Source of the DNA: Caldisericales bacterium
Lineage (GTDB): Bacteria > Caldisericota > Caldisericia > JAAYUI01
Length of the DNA: 64,000 bases
Assembly (NCBI GenBank): GCA_022707885.1
Contig: JAKIZT010000004.1
Location: forward strand, 12,243-76,242
Reading direction: 5' to 3'
The notes beneath the pieces were generated by a model. The model was given only the letters and a program-made list of their open reading frames with translations. It had not been told where the DNA came from and ran no database searches. The position numbers were made by a program, and so were the translations under genes. Below, piece by piece: positions 30,830-41,661 of this stretch (within the stretch, counting starts at the first letter, position 1; each line of letters begins with the position of its first letter).

Positions 30830-32260
30830 TTGATGAAACGAAGTGTGGCTGTTGGAATCGCGATCTTCATATCATTTTTTGCCGTCAGTGCGTTTGCCTT
30901 GCCATCAAATACTCTCAAATTCACACTCGGCGAGAAATCAGTATCAGTTGGTGAAGAATCTGCTGAAATGAATGTGCCCCTCTTTAAAATCGGCGATGAG
31001 CATTTTGTTTCAATGGAATTTTTGGCCAAACACCTCAAGGGTGCGTCAGTCCTGCTGGATGGCAACAAAGTGTCTTTCTCCATTGAGGGAGCTACTGAGA
31101 ATCCAGGAACAGGCAATGGGAGCGGCGGCGAAGACGGGGAAGAACTGCTTGATATAATGACCAGTCTCCACGAAAAAATAAACAAGCACAGAGCAGAGAT
31201 TGGAGCTCCTCCACTCGAAATTAGCATGCCGGCAACATTCGCAGCACAGGACCACACGACAGACATGTGCATAAGGGGATTTTTTGACCACACTAACCCA
31301 GATGGCCTGAAACCTGGTGACAGGCTCAGCAACTACGGGGTAAAGTGGTCAAAATACGGCGAAAACATACAAAAGTTGACCATGATTGATGATATCGCAA
31401 GCAAAATCGATGAGAATTTCCAGAATTCGCCAGATCACAAAAAGAACAGACTGGACAAAGACTTTACCCATATAGGAATTGGTCTGTATAAATGTGGGAA
31501 TGAAATGTTCGTTACAGAGCTGTTTTTTACACCAAGAGAACAAACAAAACCAGCTGACAAGGGCGAGTTGAAATTTTTTGATGCAACCTACTGGGAAACC
31601 AGTGAAAGTGGAGATTCCAGTAAAATAGTGGTCTGCTTCAAAAATACAGGGAAAACAAACCTTACCAATATCACAATCATGTTCAATGTGCTAGATTCAA
31701 AAGAAGAAGTTATTGCAACAAAAATATTGAGCTTTTATGGAATACTCGAACAAGGGCAGTATTTTACAGACTCCTTCACAACAGAAGGCGGGATTGCAAT
31801 CCCAAATGACGCAAAGATTTCGTATGAAATAGAGTTTGAGGAAACAGGCGAGTCAAACCCAAGGGTGGAGCTCAAGGAGACCGGAATAGAAAAGGGTAAA
31901 GATTTCGTGGCTGCAAAAGGGAAAATAACAAACAAATCATCTGAAAAATCTTTTGTATTCATTATTCCGACCTTCTTTAGCGAGGAGGGCAATAACCTCA
32001 GGATAGCTGATTATGGAATATGCGAAATCGAATCATTCGAACCAGGCAAAACATACGACTACACCGCCTTGTCAGAGGGTACACCCGATTTTGTGTCCAA
32101 ACATGTCTCCAAAACAGATTATTCCTATTGGTTCATCCCGCGTGAAAATCTGCCCATGGCATGTAATATGGAAAAAGTTAATGGATGGAAGATGCCGTAT
32201 TACAAACTCTTTAAAAACGGGCTGAGAACTGCATATCTCAAGAGCAGCCCAATCAGATAA
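30830..32260 (+). CDS. Secreted protein with N-terminal CuAO-N-like domain fused to a CAP (SCP/PR-1/YkwD-like) domain and a C-terminal beta-rich region
   Basis: Signal peptide. MNVPLFKIGDEHFVSMEFLAKHLKGASVLLDGNKVSF (CuAO-N-like). CAP motifs GFFDHTNPDG, GENI, HKKNRLDKDFTHIGIG. Confidence 0.65.
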   Translation: MMKRSVAVGIAIFISFFAVSAFALPSNTLKFTLGEKSVSVGEESAEMNVPLFKIGDEHFVSMEFLAKHLKGASVLLDGNKVSFSIEGATENPGTGNGSGGEDGEELLDIMTSLHEKINKHRAEIGAPPLEISMPATFAAQDHTTDMCIRGFFDHTNPDGLKPGDRLSNYGVKWSKYGENIQKLTMIDDIASKIDENFQNSPDHKKNRLDKDFTHIGIGLYKCGNEMFVTELFFTPREQTKPADKGELKFFDATYWETSESGDSSKIVVCFKNTGKTNLTNITIMFNVLDSKEEVIATKILSFYGILEQGQYFTDSFTTEGGIAIPNDAKISYEIEFEETGESNPRVELKETGIEKGKDFVAAKGKITNKSSEKSFVFIIPTFFSEEGNNLRIADYGICEIESFEPGKTYDYTALSEGTPDFVSKHVSKTDYSYWFIPRENLPMACNMEKVNGWKMPYYKLFKNGLRTAYLKSSPIR

Positions 32261-32280
32261 ATTTATCTGTTTAAATAACA

Positions 32281-32312
32281 AAAAAGCCTGACCAATTGGT
32301 CAGGCTTTTTTG
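32281..32312. terminator. Bidirectional rho-independent terminator between convergent genes
   Basis: AAAAAAGCCTGACC-AATT-GGTCAGGCTTTTTT: perfect 8-bp stem with an A-run on one side and a T-run on the other. Confidence 0.8.
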
Positions 32313-32334
32313 TTATTGCAGATCCAGTTCAAGA

Positions 32335-33381
32335 TCAACCACTGTGCCTGAAATGACAGATCTCGCCATCTTTTAATATATATTCCTTGCCTTCAAGCCT
32401 GAGCTTGGCATTCGCCTTTGCCTTCTGGAGGGAATTGTCCGAGGCCAGCAAATCCTCATAGGTGCAACATTCGGCCCTGATAAATCCCTTTGCTATGTCA
32501 CTGTGGACCTTGCCGGCAGCCGTAACAGCATTGTCGCCCTTTCTTATAGTCCAGGCCCTGCATTCATCTTCACCAACCGTGAAGAATGTCTGATAGCCAA
32601 GCAGATCATAGACTTCCTGTATAACCCTGTCCGAGGCTGTAGATTCGAGTCCATATTCCTGCATGAAACTCTCTCTGTCCTCGTCGGGCAAAGTGGCTAT
32701 TTCTGCCTCTATCAGAGCACACACGGCAATGTATGGTGTTTTGATTGAATCCAGATAATCGGCAGCCTTTTTTGCCTCACCCTTTAGCTCACCCTTTATG
32801 TCATTCTCTGAAACATTGAGCGCAACAAATGTTGGATATTTTGTAAAGAGCTGAACCCCGGAAAGCGATGCCAGTTCTTTTTCACTGAGCTCGATGTTTC
32901 TGAGCATCTTCATCTGTTCAAGTTCACCAGCCAGTTTTCTTAGCAACTCCATGGATGGGCCCGAATATTTTGGGTCAATCTTTATCTTGTTTTCCCTGGC
33001 AAGGATTCCCTCTATCACCTCAAGATCTGACAAAAGAAGCATCTCCATTATGTCCTGGAGCTCTTTTGCCCCACCATCCCTGTAGCAGGCCGAAACAACC
33101 AGAATGGCATCAACGGTCTTTATGAAGCCAAGGAAGGATGGCGCAGAACCCCTCTTTGCCGACATGCTCTGTGGTGGCGGTGCATCGATAAAGTTTACTG
33201 TGGCGTTGATTTTTTTCTTTGGCTTGAAAACATCGGTCAGATGGTCAAGTCTTGGATCAGGTACTTTGACAACCGCCCTCTTGCCGACCTCATTGCCAGG
33301 CTCAACACCTGTGATTGCTGTAAAAAGGGTGCTTTTCCCAGACTGCGGGGCACCAATTATTCCAATTTCCATTTGAATCAA
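32335..33381 (-). CDS. ychF: Ribosome-binding ATPase YchF-like (Obg-family P-loop plus TGS domain)
   Basis: GIIGAPQSGKSTLFTAITG P-loop, PDPRLDHLTDVFKPKK (YchF-specific), and the C-terminal TGS region GKEYILKDGEICHFRH. Confidence 0.7.
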   Translation of the reverse strand: MIQMEIGIIGAPQSGKSTLFTAITGVEPGNEVGKRAVVKVPDPRLDHLTDVFKPKKKINATVNFIDAPPPQSMSAKRGSAPSFLGFIKTVDAILVVSACYRDGGAKELQDIMEMLLLSDLEVIEGILARENKIKIDPKYSGPSMELLRKLAGELEQMKMLRNIELSEKELASLSGVQLFTKYPTFVALNVSENDIKGELKGEAKKAADYLDSIKTPYIAVCALIEAEIATLPDEDRESFMQEYGLESTASDRVIQEVYDLLGYQTFFTVGEDECRAWTIRKGDNAVTAAGKVHSDIAKGFIRAECCTYEDLLASDNSLQKAKANAKLRLEGKEYILKDGEICHFRHSG

Positions 33382-33406
33382 ACCTCCATTCTTGTGGAGA
33401 AACAGA

Positions 33407-34330
33407 TCACTTTGAGTTTAAATCCTGCATGCCGCCAGTCAAGCGCAATCTTTCAAGGGTCTCAAGAAATATCGGCGGAGGCTTTGCCTCCAGCTCGTAG
33501 TGCACCCCTTTGAAATCAAATCCCAGTTTGCCGCAGTGAAGAAGCTGGCCCTTTAGGTCAAATCTGGAGTCCTCCCCACCATAGACCTGATCCCCCAGAA
33601 TGGGGTGACCAATATATGAAAGATGCACCCTTATCTGGTGAGTCCTTCCTGAAACGGGCTTGACTTCAGCATAAGTGTACCCATCAAGTCTTTCCAGTTC
33701 AGTAACCTTGGATATTGCTTCCCTTCCATCCGGTGAAACACACATCTTCCACCTGTGGGTAAAATCTCTTGCTATCGGTGCATTTATAACAGTTCGTTCC
33801 GATTTCAGATGGCCCTTGCATATACAGTAGTATCTCTTGTCCATCCTGTGCTCTGCAAAAAGCTTCGCAAACGTTTTCATTGCATAGTCGGTCTTCACAA
33901 CAATGATCAGTCCCGAAGTGTCCCTGTCCAGCCTGTGAACAATTCCGGGACGCTGCTCTCCAACCATGCCCGATAGCTTGCCTTTGCAGTAATAGAGCAT
34001 AGCATTGACGAGTGTTCCGGTGATTGTTGCGCCAGCCGGGTGGGTAAGCATTCCCTGTGGTTTGACTGCAACCAAAAAATCGTCCTCCTCATGGACAATC
34101 TCGACAGGAATGTTCTCTGGCTCGAGCTCATAGGGTTCAGGCGTTGGGAGCTCGATGTCTATCTGCTCCCCTGGCTTCAGGTTGTATGAAGGTTTGGCCT
34201 CATCACCATCAACAGTGACGAGACCATCCTTGATCATTTTTGCAATTTGGGTCCTGGAAAGAAACGGCAGTTTTGAGACAAGAAACACGTCAAGGCGCTG
34301 GCGCTCCTCCAGATTGTATTCAAGATTCAC
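33407..34330 (-). CDS. rluD: RluA-family 23S rRNA pseudouridine synthase (RluD-like) with N-terminal S4 domain
   Basis: S4 domain RLDVFLVSKL. Catalytic HRLDRDTSGLIIVVKT. Confidence 0.85.
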   Translation of the reverse strand: MNLEYNLEERQRLDVFLVSKLPFLSRTQIAKMIKDGLVTVDGDEAKPSYNLKPGEQIDIELPTPEPYELEPENIPVEIVHEEDDFLVAVKPQGMLTHPAGATITGTLVNAMLYYCKGKLSGMVGEQRPGIVHRLDRDTSGLIIVVKTDYAMKTFAKLFAEHRMDKRYYCICKGHLKSERTVINAPIARDFTHRWKMCVSPDGREAISKVTELERLDGYTYAEVKPVSGRTHQIRVHLSYIGHPILGDQVYGGEDSRFDLKGQLLHCGKLGFDFKGVHYELEAKPPPIFLETLERLRLTGGMQDLNSK

Positions 34331-34642
34331 TTACAAAAGCTGGCCTTTCGCCCATTCAAGATAGGGCAAATTTACTTCAGAAGGCCCAAAGGTTATTATG
34401 GCCGGTAACTCATAAGGATGATTTTCTTCAACAAATTTTTTCAACTCTTCGACTTTCTGCTCTATTGTCTTGAAGATGACCACGCGCTCGGAATCATGTA
34501 CCAGCTCGCCCTTCCATTCATAGATCGAATCCGACTGGAAGATGTTTGCGCACACGGCCAGTTTTTTTGAAACAGCATTTTTTGCTGCCTGTTCTGCTTG
34601 TGATTTTGTAGGATAGGGACAGTAAACCAGAAACAGGCTCAT
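34331..34642 (-). CDS. cutA: Divalent-cation tolerance protein CutA
   Basis: LVYCPYPTKSQAEQAAKNAVSKKLAVCANI...YEWKGEL is the canonical CutA1 pattern. Start taken at MSLFLV. Confidence 0.7.
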   Translation of the reverse strand: MSLFLVYCPYPTKSQAEQAAKNAVSKKLAVCANIFQSDSIYEWKGELVHDSERVVIFKTIEQKVEELKKFVEENHPYELPAIITFGPSEVNLPYLEWAKGQLL

Positions 34643-36336
34643 GGTGCCGGGTTCGGGTAGGTTATCACAACCATCCTTGCTTCCTGAATCCACTCCACCT
34701 TTGAGCCAAGCTGTTCGGTAACCAATCTTACTGGAACCATCGTGCTTCCCTTGACGATCATTGGCTCCTGGTCAAGCTCGATTTGCTGGCCATTCCTCTT
34801 GGCGGTCTTTTTGCCAATGAAAAGCTCTATGTAAACATCGTTCAATTTGTATGTAACCGTTTCAACTGCCTTGTCCTTCGGGGACCAGTCGACTGTTGCG
34901 CCAAGATGTTCACCAATGAACCTGAAAGGAACCATCGTTCTACCAGTTTTTGAGACAATAAATGGTGGTGTTATATCGACCGGCCACTCAAGACCGTTCA
35001 CAAAAGCCTTCTTTGACCCGACAGTCATCGAAATGACAATCTTGTTTGCCTTGCAATCAACAATGTAGGGGCCGAATTTTTCCTCCTGGCCAAGCTCATT
35101 TTCAACAACAATGTAATATTCGACTTTCTGGCCTGGGGAAAGGTCGATCGGTATCTCAAAATTTCCGTTCTGGTCTGCTTCACCCTTGCTTTCACCCTCA
35201 AGCCCCGATGGAATAAGTTTCCACTTCACGATGACTTTTGAACCAGGGCGGGTTTTTCCTTTGACGATGTGCTTCGAGCCAATAACCTGGACGGGTTGAC
35301 CCTGTGCAGGCCAGCCAGGCAACGTGACCTGTATCTTGCCCGGCCTTGCCTGGACCTGATGGGAACAGGCTACAATTTTGTCAGCATTTCCGATCGAGCA
35401 AATTTTGTATGTGTAGAGTTTGCCGTTGGTTACCGAGGAATCTTCAAAAAACAACGTATCAGTATCTAGAGCAAAATCATGGATTGTTTTAGATTTTTCG
35501 TTTTCAGACTCCCTAAACACCCTGTAACCTGCAATGCCTTCCATTTTTTTGGGTTTGTCCCAGGTGATCTTTATCTTCTCGTCACCCACTATTGCCTTCA
35601 CGTTTGTTGGTGCTTCGTAAGGCTGGAGCCACCCTGTCCCCATGCAATCATAGAGAGCATTTGCAAACAATCTTGAAACTTCAATATTTTCAACAGCCTG
35701 GCCATTCTGGCCTAGGGCTATATAACAGGCCTTTGACTGGGTTATGTTTCTTTTGAAAACCACAGGTACGCCAGAGTTTGTTACAGCAATTGATTTTGTG
35801 CCCGGGTAGAGGGCAGATTTTCTGATTTCACCAAGCGTCACGTCAAAAGATTGGGCAACATCGGAAACTATCGGATCGGTTATGTCTATGACCCTGATCG
35901 TTGTTCTTCCGGCTTTTTCAACATCCATTAGCTGGGCACCGGCAAGTTTCTGAAGGATTGGATTGTTTGAGTCAGGATGGATGACGTCTCCTGAGATGAT
36001 AAGGCCAGAGATACCAAACTTGCACCTGTCTTCAATGAGTGTTTCCACGTCTTCAGGTACATCCAGAACTTGCCCGGCTTTTGTGCATCCAAGCAGGCAA
36101 ATGACGTTGTAGCCATTATATTGAAGTGGCTCCCTGAGCGATGCCGGGGTCACAACGCTAAGATAGGAGGCTATGTTCGGAAAATGCCTTTCAATCTCAG
36201 TCTGGAGCCTTATCCCAAGGTCAGGTGGATTGCTCCATACAAGGATGTCCAGGTATGGCTTCCACTCACCATCGGCAAAAACAACTCCAGAGAAGAGGGT
36301 TACGACGCACAAAAGAAGCAACAAGGCTTTTTTCAC
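34639..36336 (-). CDS. Secreted surface protein with FN3-like domain and two C-terminal CuAO-N-like repeats
   Basis: Signal peptide MKKALLLLLCVVTLFSGVVFA. MVPFRFIGEHLGATVDWSPKDKAV and MVPVRLVTEQLGSKVEW repeats. Confidence 0.75.
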   Translation of the reverse strand: MKKALLLLLCVVTLFSGVVFADGEWKPYLDILVWSNPPDLGIRLQTEIERHFPNIASYLSVVTPASLREPLQYNGYNVICLLGCTKAGQVLDVPEDVETLIEDRCKFGISGLIISGDVIHPDSNNPILQKLAGAQLMDVEKAGRTTIRVIDITDPIVSDVAQSFDVTLGEIRKSALYPGTKSIAVTNSGVPVVFKRNITQSKACYIALGQNGQAVENIEVSRLFANALYDCMGTGWLQPYEAPTNVKAIVGDEKIKITWDKPKKMEGIAGYRVFRESENEKSKTIHDFALDTDTLFFEDSSVTNGKLYTYKICSIGNADKIVACSHQVQARPGKIQVTLPGWPAQGQPVQVIGSKHIVKGKTRPGSKVIVKWKLIPSGLEGESKGEADQNGNFEIPIDLSPGQKVEYYIVVENELGQEEKFGPYIVDCKANKIVISMTVGSKKAFVNGLEWPVDITPPFIVSKTGRTMVPFRFIGEHLGATVDWSPKDKAVETVTYKLNDVYIELFIGKKTAKRNGQQIELDQEPMIVKGSTMVPVRLVTEQLGSKVEWIQEARMVVITYPNPAP

Positions 36337-36433
36337 GTTTCCTCCTTACAGTTACTTACTATACGAGATGGGGGAACAGCAGGTTCACAAATTTAGCCCC
36401 ATACATGCAAGGCTAAGCAAAATGCTGTCTTTG

Positions 36434-38584
36434 TCAAGCTCCCTTGGTCTTTATTGGGGCATAGCGAAGGTTCAGGAGTTTCCTGCCAACAGAGAGAAAA
36501 TCAACTTCAGCATTGTCTCCTGACACATTCAACACAGTCCCGTCACCCCATGCCTGATGGACGACAACCTCACCAGTAGAAACTTTGACTGGTTCTTTTT
36601 TGGGTGTGATGATTACTTGTGCGGATTTTTTTACAAAACTTCTCTGTTGCTCTCTTGCTGTCTGGGTCTGTTTTTTGATGCCCTCGTAGACAATCTCCGG
36701 GCAGGCTATTTCCTTCAGGAACCTGGACTCCTCGCAAAGCCTTGTTCCACCCCAAAGCTGCCTGTTTATAACCCTGGTCAAAAAAAGCGCTTCCTTGGCC
36801 CTTGTCATACCGACATAGGCCAACCTTCGCTCTTCCTCTATCGATTCCTGGTCATCGAGACTCTTCAGATGAGGGAAAGTGCCCTCTTCAAGTCCACACA
36901 GGAAAACGACTGGAAATTCAAGACCCTTTGCCTGGTGAACTGTTGTCATGATGACCCTCTGTTCACCTTCCTCCACATTGTCCATGTCGCTCATTAAAGC
37001 AACGGTGCCCAAAAAAGCTTCAAGGCTGGAATCTTCCGATGCCTTGCCAAATTCATACGAAAGGTTGAGAAATTCCTCGACGTTCTCTGCTCTGGCCTGG
37101 GAATCCTCGGTGCCTTCGTTTTTGAGGGTTTCAATGATGTTTATTCCATCAATAAGGTATCTTATAACCTCATGTGCCGGGTTCAGATTGGCCATTTCAC
37201 GGAGTTCCCTGACAAGCCTAAGGAAATTTGATGCAGAGCCACCTACATGGCCTGTCACCTCGCCCTGATCCATCATTGCTGCAAGTGCATCTTCCATTGT
37301 TGTTTTTAGCGATTTTGCAGAAAGCTCGATCCTCGTTATAAGGGCCGGGCCAATGCCCCTCCTGGGATTTTGTATGGCCCTTTTAAAAGATTGGGAATCT
37401 GAAGGATTGAGGACGATCTTGAGATACGAAAGGAGGTCTTTTATTTCCTTTCGCTGATAAAACCTGATTCCACCCACCAGATGATACGGGATTCCGTTTG
37501 CCATAAAAACTTCTTCAAAAGACCTGCTTTGGGCGTTCGTTCTGTAAAGAACTGCAAAATCGGAATATGGTCTTCCCTTGGAATTCAGCTCCCTGATCTT
37601 CTCGACAACATAGACAGACTCATCAGAAGGCTCTATCCCTGTAAAAATAATGACTGGATCACCATTGCCAATTGAGGCTTTTATCTCTTTCGGGTGTCTT
37701 TTCTGATTGGCCGACACAAGCTGTGAAGCAGTGCCAAGAATATTTTGTGTTGACCTGTAATTCAGCTCCAGATTGATTATTTTTGCACCAGGGAAGTCAT
37801 CGGCAAACTGGAGCATTATGTAAGGGGTCGCCCCCCTGAAAGCGTAGATTGACTGGTCATCGTCACCAACAATCATAATGTTGCCGCGCCTTGCAAAGAG
37901 CTTTACAAGTTTGTGCTGGGCAGCATTTATGTCCTGGTATTCATCAACAAGCACATAAACAAAAGTGTCATAGTAGCGTTTTGCGATCTCTGTGTAGTCA
38001 GTCAGAAGGTCAATCGTTTTCAGGATGAGGTCGTCAAAATCAAATGAATTCATCTCGGACAGCCTGTCCTGATACATCTTGTAAATCTGGCCTATTGTCC
38101 TGGTTTTCGGCAGCATCGCAGACGCCTGGTAGGAAGAAGGATCAACAAGGCTGTTTTTTGCGGCAGAAATGGCAGACTTGACAACATAGGGGCTGATCTG
38201 CTTCACATCAACAGACAGGTCTCTCATGATGCCCTTGATCAGGTCAAGCGAATCTTCCTCGTCAACAACGGTAAATCTTGGATCAATGCCGATGTGGTGA
38301 GCTTCTTTGCGCAGTATCCTCAGGCATACAGAGTGAAAGGTGCCTATCCAGAGGCCTTTAAGTTGCTGGCCAAGCATCTCCTCGACCCTTGACTTCATCT
38401 CTCCTGCCGCCTTGTTTGTGAAAGTGCAGGCAAGAATTGAAGATGGGGCAACACCAAGATCTTTTATGAGGTGTGCTATTCTGTTGGTGATTACTCTTGT
38501 TTTTCCAGACCCGGCACACGCAAAAACAGCAATTGCACCCTCAGTTGTATTGACAGCCTCAAGCTGCCTCTCATTGAGTTTCAT
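36434..38584 (-). CDS. pcrA: ATP-dependent DNA helicase PcrA/UvrD
   Basis: Helicase motif I AGSGKTRVITNRIAHL and SF1 motifs through VI. 716 aa. Confidence 0.9.
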   Translation of the reverse strand: MKLNERQLEAVNTTEGAIAVFACAGSGKTRVITNRIAHLIKDLGVAPSSILACTFTNKAAGEMKSRVEEMLGQQLKGLWIGTFHSVCLRILRKEAHHIGIDPRFTVVDEEDSLDLIKGIMRDLSVDVKQISPYVVKSAISAAKNSLVDPSSYQASAMLPKTRTIGQIYKMYQDRLSEMNSFDFDDLILKTIDLLTDYTEIAKRYYDTFVYVLVDEYQDINAAQHKLVKLFARRGNIMIVGDDDQSIYAFRGATPYIMLQFADDFPGAKIINLELNYRSTQNILGTASQLVSANQKRHPKEIKASIGNGDPVIIFTGIEPSDESVYVVEKIRELNSKGRPYSDFAVLYRTNAQSRSFEEVFMANGIPYHLVGGIRFYQRKEIKDLLSYLKIVLNPSDSQSFKRAIQNPRRGIGPALITRIELSAKSLKTTMEDALAAMMDQGEVTGHVGGSASNFLRLVRELREMANLNPAHEVIRYLIDGINIIETLKNEGTEDSQARAENVEEFLNLSYEFGKASEDSSLEAFLGTVALMSDMDNVEEGEQRVIMTTVHQAKGLEFPVVFLCGLEEGTFPHLKSLDDQESIEEERRLAYVGMTRAKEALFLTRVINRQLWGGTRLCEESRFLKEIACPEIVYEGIKKQTQTAREQQRSFVKKSAQVIITPKKEPVKVSTGEVVVHQAWGDGTVLNVSGDNAEVDFLSVGRKLLNLRYAPIKTKGA

Positions 38585-38599
38585 TGGATTTGACCCGGC

Positions 38600-39988
38600 C
38601 TAGAAGATCCGCTGGTCCTTGAACCTTACTGACTGCCTGAGCTTTCTTATTGCCTTGGCCTCAATCTGGCGGATCCTTTCCCTAGTGACCTTGAATATCT
38701 GGCCAACCTCCTCCAGAGTGTGGGGGTACTCGCTGTCCAGACCAAAACGGAGCTTTATTATTTCCCTCTCCCTTGGCGAAAGTATCGACAGGATGCTGTG
38801 CATCTGTTCCTTGAAATACTTGTTTACTATCTGCTCTTCAGGAGAGGAAACTTTTTTGTCTTCGACAAAATCGCCAAGCCTGTTGTCCTTTTCCTCGCCA
38901 ATCGGCGTTTCAAGCGAAAGCGGTTCCTGGCTTATTTTAAAGTATTCCCTTATTTTTCTTGGGGTGGTGCCCATTTTTTCTGCAAGTTCGCGATAGGTTG
39001 GTTCCCTGCCGAGGTCCTGATAAAGCTCCCTTGATACCTTGGTCAGCTTGTTGATGGATTCCACCATGTGGACCGGCACCCTGATGACCCTTGACTGATC
39101 GGCAAGTGCCCTTGTTATTGCCTGTCTTATCCACCAGGAAGCATAGGTCGAGAATCTGAAACCCTTTCTATAGTCAAATTTTTCTACGGCCCTTATGAGG
39201 CCAATATTCCCTTCCTGGACTAAATCAAGAAATGAGAGGCAGTGGCCTGTATATTTCTTGGCAATAGAAACAACGAGCCTTAGGTTTGCCTCAATGAGCT
39301 TCTTTTTTGCGTCCTGGTTGCCTATTTCCACCCTTTTGGCAAGCGCTATTTCACCCTGTAACGTAAGGAGTGGTATCTTGCCAATCTCCCTGAGGTACAT
39401 CCTGATCGGATCGGAGACTTCACCCTCTTCCGAAATCTTTATGTCAGAACTACCTTCTTCTGCAGCGTCGGGGTGTACTTCTCCAAGCTTGTCTTCATCG
39501 CCAAACCTTATTCCAAGCTCGGTGAATATGTTGTAAACCTCGTCTATCTGGTCGGCCGTAAGGTTCATCTGGCCCATCAGGTCCATTATTTCCTGGTAGC
39601 TGACAACACTGGCATCCTTGTGGGCTCTTATCAAATCAACCAATTCCGGCATTTCGATGAGTTCTGTCCTTATCGAAGTGTCATTTGACCTGATATATAA
39701 TTTTTTCTTCAGGTGTTCAAGAAATGCTGTATCTGACGACTTTTGTGCGGCAGGCTGCTCTTGTGCAGATTTAACTGATTTTACCTTTTTTGGAGGGGTG
39801 TTGTTTTTAGGTTCTGCCTTCGGTTGTTCCTTGACCTTTTTGGTCTTCTCCGGTGCAGCTTGTTTGGCAACGGCTTTTTCTTTTTCTACAGTTTTTGCCC
39901 CAGCCTTTGCCTTTTGGGTTTTTGGCTGCGTGGTGGCCTTTTTCTCGGTCTTGCCAGTGGCCTCAACCTTGTCGTTCTTTTTTGTCAT
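38600..39988 (-). CDS. rpoD: RNA polymerase sigma factor RpoD (sigma-70) with a Lys-rich N-terminal extension
   Basis: Regions 1.2-4.2 are conserved ([31 protein letters not shown], region 4 HTH). The N-terminal roughly 100 aa are K/A/E/T-rich low complexity. Start taken at MTKKN to avoid a 100-nt overlap with dnaG. Confidence 0.88.
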   Translation of the reverse strand: MTKKNDKVEATGKTEKKATTQPKTQKAKAGAKTVEKEKAVAKQAAPEKTKKVKEQPKAEPKNNTPPKKVKSVKSAQEQPAAQKSSDTAFLEHLKKKLYIRSNDTSIRTELIEMPELVDLIRAHKDASVVSYQEIMDLMGQMNLTADQIDEVYNIFTELGIRFGDEDKLGEVHPDAAEEGSSDIKISEEGEVSDPIRMYLREIGKIPLLTLQGEIALAKRVEIGNQDAKKKLIEANLRLVVSIAKKYTGHCLSFLDLVQEGNIGLIRAVEKFDYRKGFRFSTYASWWIRQAITRALADQSRVIRVPVHMVESINKLTKVSRELYQDLGREPTYRELAEKMGTTPRKIREYFKISQEPLSLETPIGEEKDNRLGDFVEDKKVSSPEEQIVNKYFKEQMHSILSILSPREREIIKLRFGLDSEYPHTLEEVGQIFKVTRERIRQIEAKAIRKLRQSVRFKDQRIF

Positions 39989-41657
39989 TTTGTTCCTCTT
40001 GAACCTTGTGTCGCACCTTCTGTAACCTTGCCAGCTCGGCAAGGTCATCCAGAGAAACACTGTCTGCTTTTTCCTTTCTTATCATTCTCTGTTTTTTTGC
40101 AGCCACGTCCCTCTTTACATCAATAATCAACCCCTGGATGTCCTGTTCTTCATCCATAATGGCAAATCTGGAAAAAATGGAGGATAATTCTTCATTGTTT
40201 TCCAATACGTATGACCAAGCAATTTTACCAAAAGTTACCTTATTTTCCAATATCAAACAAAACGCTTTTTTACAAGAATCATCAATAAAGTAATCAGCAA
40301 AAAGGCAAGGCAATAACAAGTTTCTTGCCTGTTCATCAGAAAGGAGCGCTCTTATTATCCTGTTTTCATACAACAATCTCGAGGCTAAAATGTTTAACTT
40401 TTTGTTCTTGTTATTTTCGGTATTTATTATAGGGAGTTCTTGCCTAGTTAATCCAACTCTTTCCAATACATGATATTGATACTTCATTTTTAACATTGGA
40501 TCAGATATAGACTCAAGGATTTCAGTAGCTTGTTTTACGATCCTTTTACTAACGTTAGGTGAAGTTGGGTCATCTTCCTGAGATTCGAGGTAGGCAATTG
40601 CAAAATCAACAGGGTCTTTTGCTTCGGCCAGTGCGGCATTGACAGCATCAGGTCCGATTCTTGCAAGATCATCCGGATCTTTGCCAACTGACTGCCTCAC
40701 GATTTTGAATACAAGTCCTGCCTGGAAGCAAATCCTGATTGCCGAGAAAGCTGCTTTTTCCCCCGCAGAGTCACCATCAAAAAAAAGAAATACATCAGCG
40801 CCCAGTTTTCTCAACATGAAGGCCTGGTCAACCGTGAACGCTGTCCCCAATGACGCAACGGTCTCTGGAAAACCCACCTTGTGCATCGAGATCGCATCCA
40901 TGTAGCCTTCAACTACAATGGCCCTACCAAGTTTTGCAATGTGCGACCTTGCAACATTCAGCGCAAAAAGGTTTTTCCCTTTTTCAAATATTGGCGTTGC
41001 CGGTGAATTCAGATATTTTGGTTCAGAGTTATCAAGCACCCTGCCGCCAAAAGCAATGAATCTACCCCTGTTGTCCACTATCGGGAAGGTCACTCTTGCC
41101 CTCATGTATGAATGCAACTCTTCCCTTGAAAGAACGCCAAGCACTTTTGCTCTCTCAACATCAAAACTTTTTGATTGCAGATATTTGGGGAGGAGCTTTC
41201 CGTCGGTTGGCGCAAAACCTATCTGGAACCTTGATATGATATCCTGGTCCAAACCTCTTCTCTGCAGGTAATCCTGGGGGAGAGGGCTATGTTTTAGATT
41301 TTCCCTGAAAAATTCCTGGGTGGCAGACATCAGTTCATAATCTGGTGAGCGGTCCGGGCCTTTTTTGAACTCGGGAACGTCTATCCCTGCTTCAGTGGCC
41401 AGCTTGTCCAGTGCCTCCCTGAATTCCAGCCCTTCAATCTTGGAGACAAAGGTGACGATGTTGCCACCGGTCCGGCACCCAAAACAATAGAACATCTGCT
41501 TGTCCGGGGAGACCGTAAAACTCGGCGTGCGCTCCGCATGAAAAGGACAAAGGCCGAGAAAATTTCTCCCGGCCTTTTTAAGCTTCACATAGCGCCCGAC
41601 AACACTGACAATGTCGAGTTTGTTTGATATCTCCTCGACCAGCCGATCGAGGTCCAT
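39963..41657 (-). CDS. dnaG: DNA primase
   Basis: Zinc ribbon [25 protein letters not shown] and the TOPRIM domain EGYMD...DGDSAG. Confidence 0.9.
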   Translation of the reverse strand: MDLDRLVEEISNKLDIVSVVGRYVKLKKAGRNFLGLCPFHAERTPSFTVSPDKQMFYCFGCRTGGNIVTFVSKIEGLEFREALDKLATEAGIDVPEFKKGPDRSPDYELMSATQEFFRENLKHSPLPQDYLQRRGLDQDIISRFQIGFAPTDGKLLPKYLQSKSFDVERAKVLGVLSREELHSYMRARVTFPIVDNRGRFIAFGGRVLDNSEPKYLNSPATPIFEKGKNLFALNVARSHIAKLGRAIVVEGYMDAISMHKVGFPETVASLGTAFTVDQAFMLRKLGADVFLFFDGDSAGEKAAFSAIRICFQAGLVFKIVRQSVGKDPDDLARIGPDAVNAALAEAKDPVDFAIAYLESQEDDPTSPNVSKRIVKQATEILESISDPMLKMKYQYHVLERVGLTRQELPIINTENNKNKKLNILASRLLYENRIIRALLSDEQARNLLLPCLFADYFIDDSCKKAFCLILENKVTFGKIAWSYVLENNEELSSIFSRFAIMDEEQDIQGLIIDVKRDVAAKKQRMIRKEKADSVSLDDLAELARLQKVRHKVQEEQNDKKERQG

Positions 41658-41661
41658 ATTC

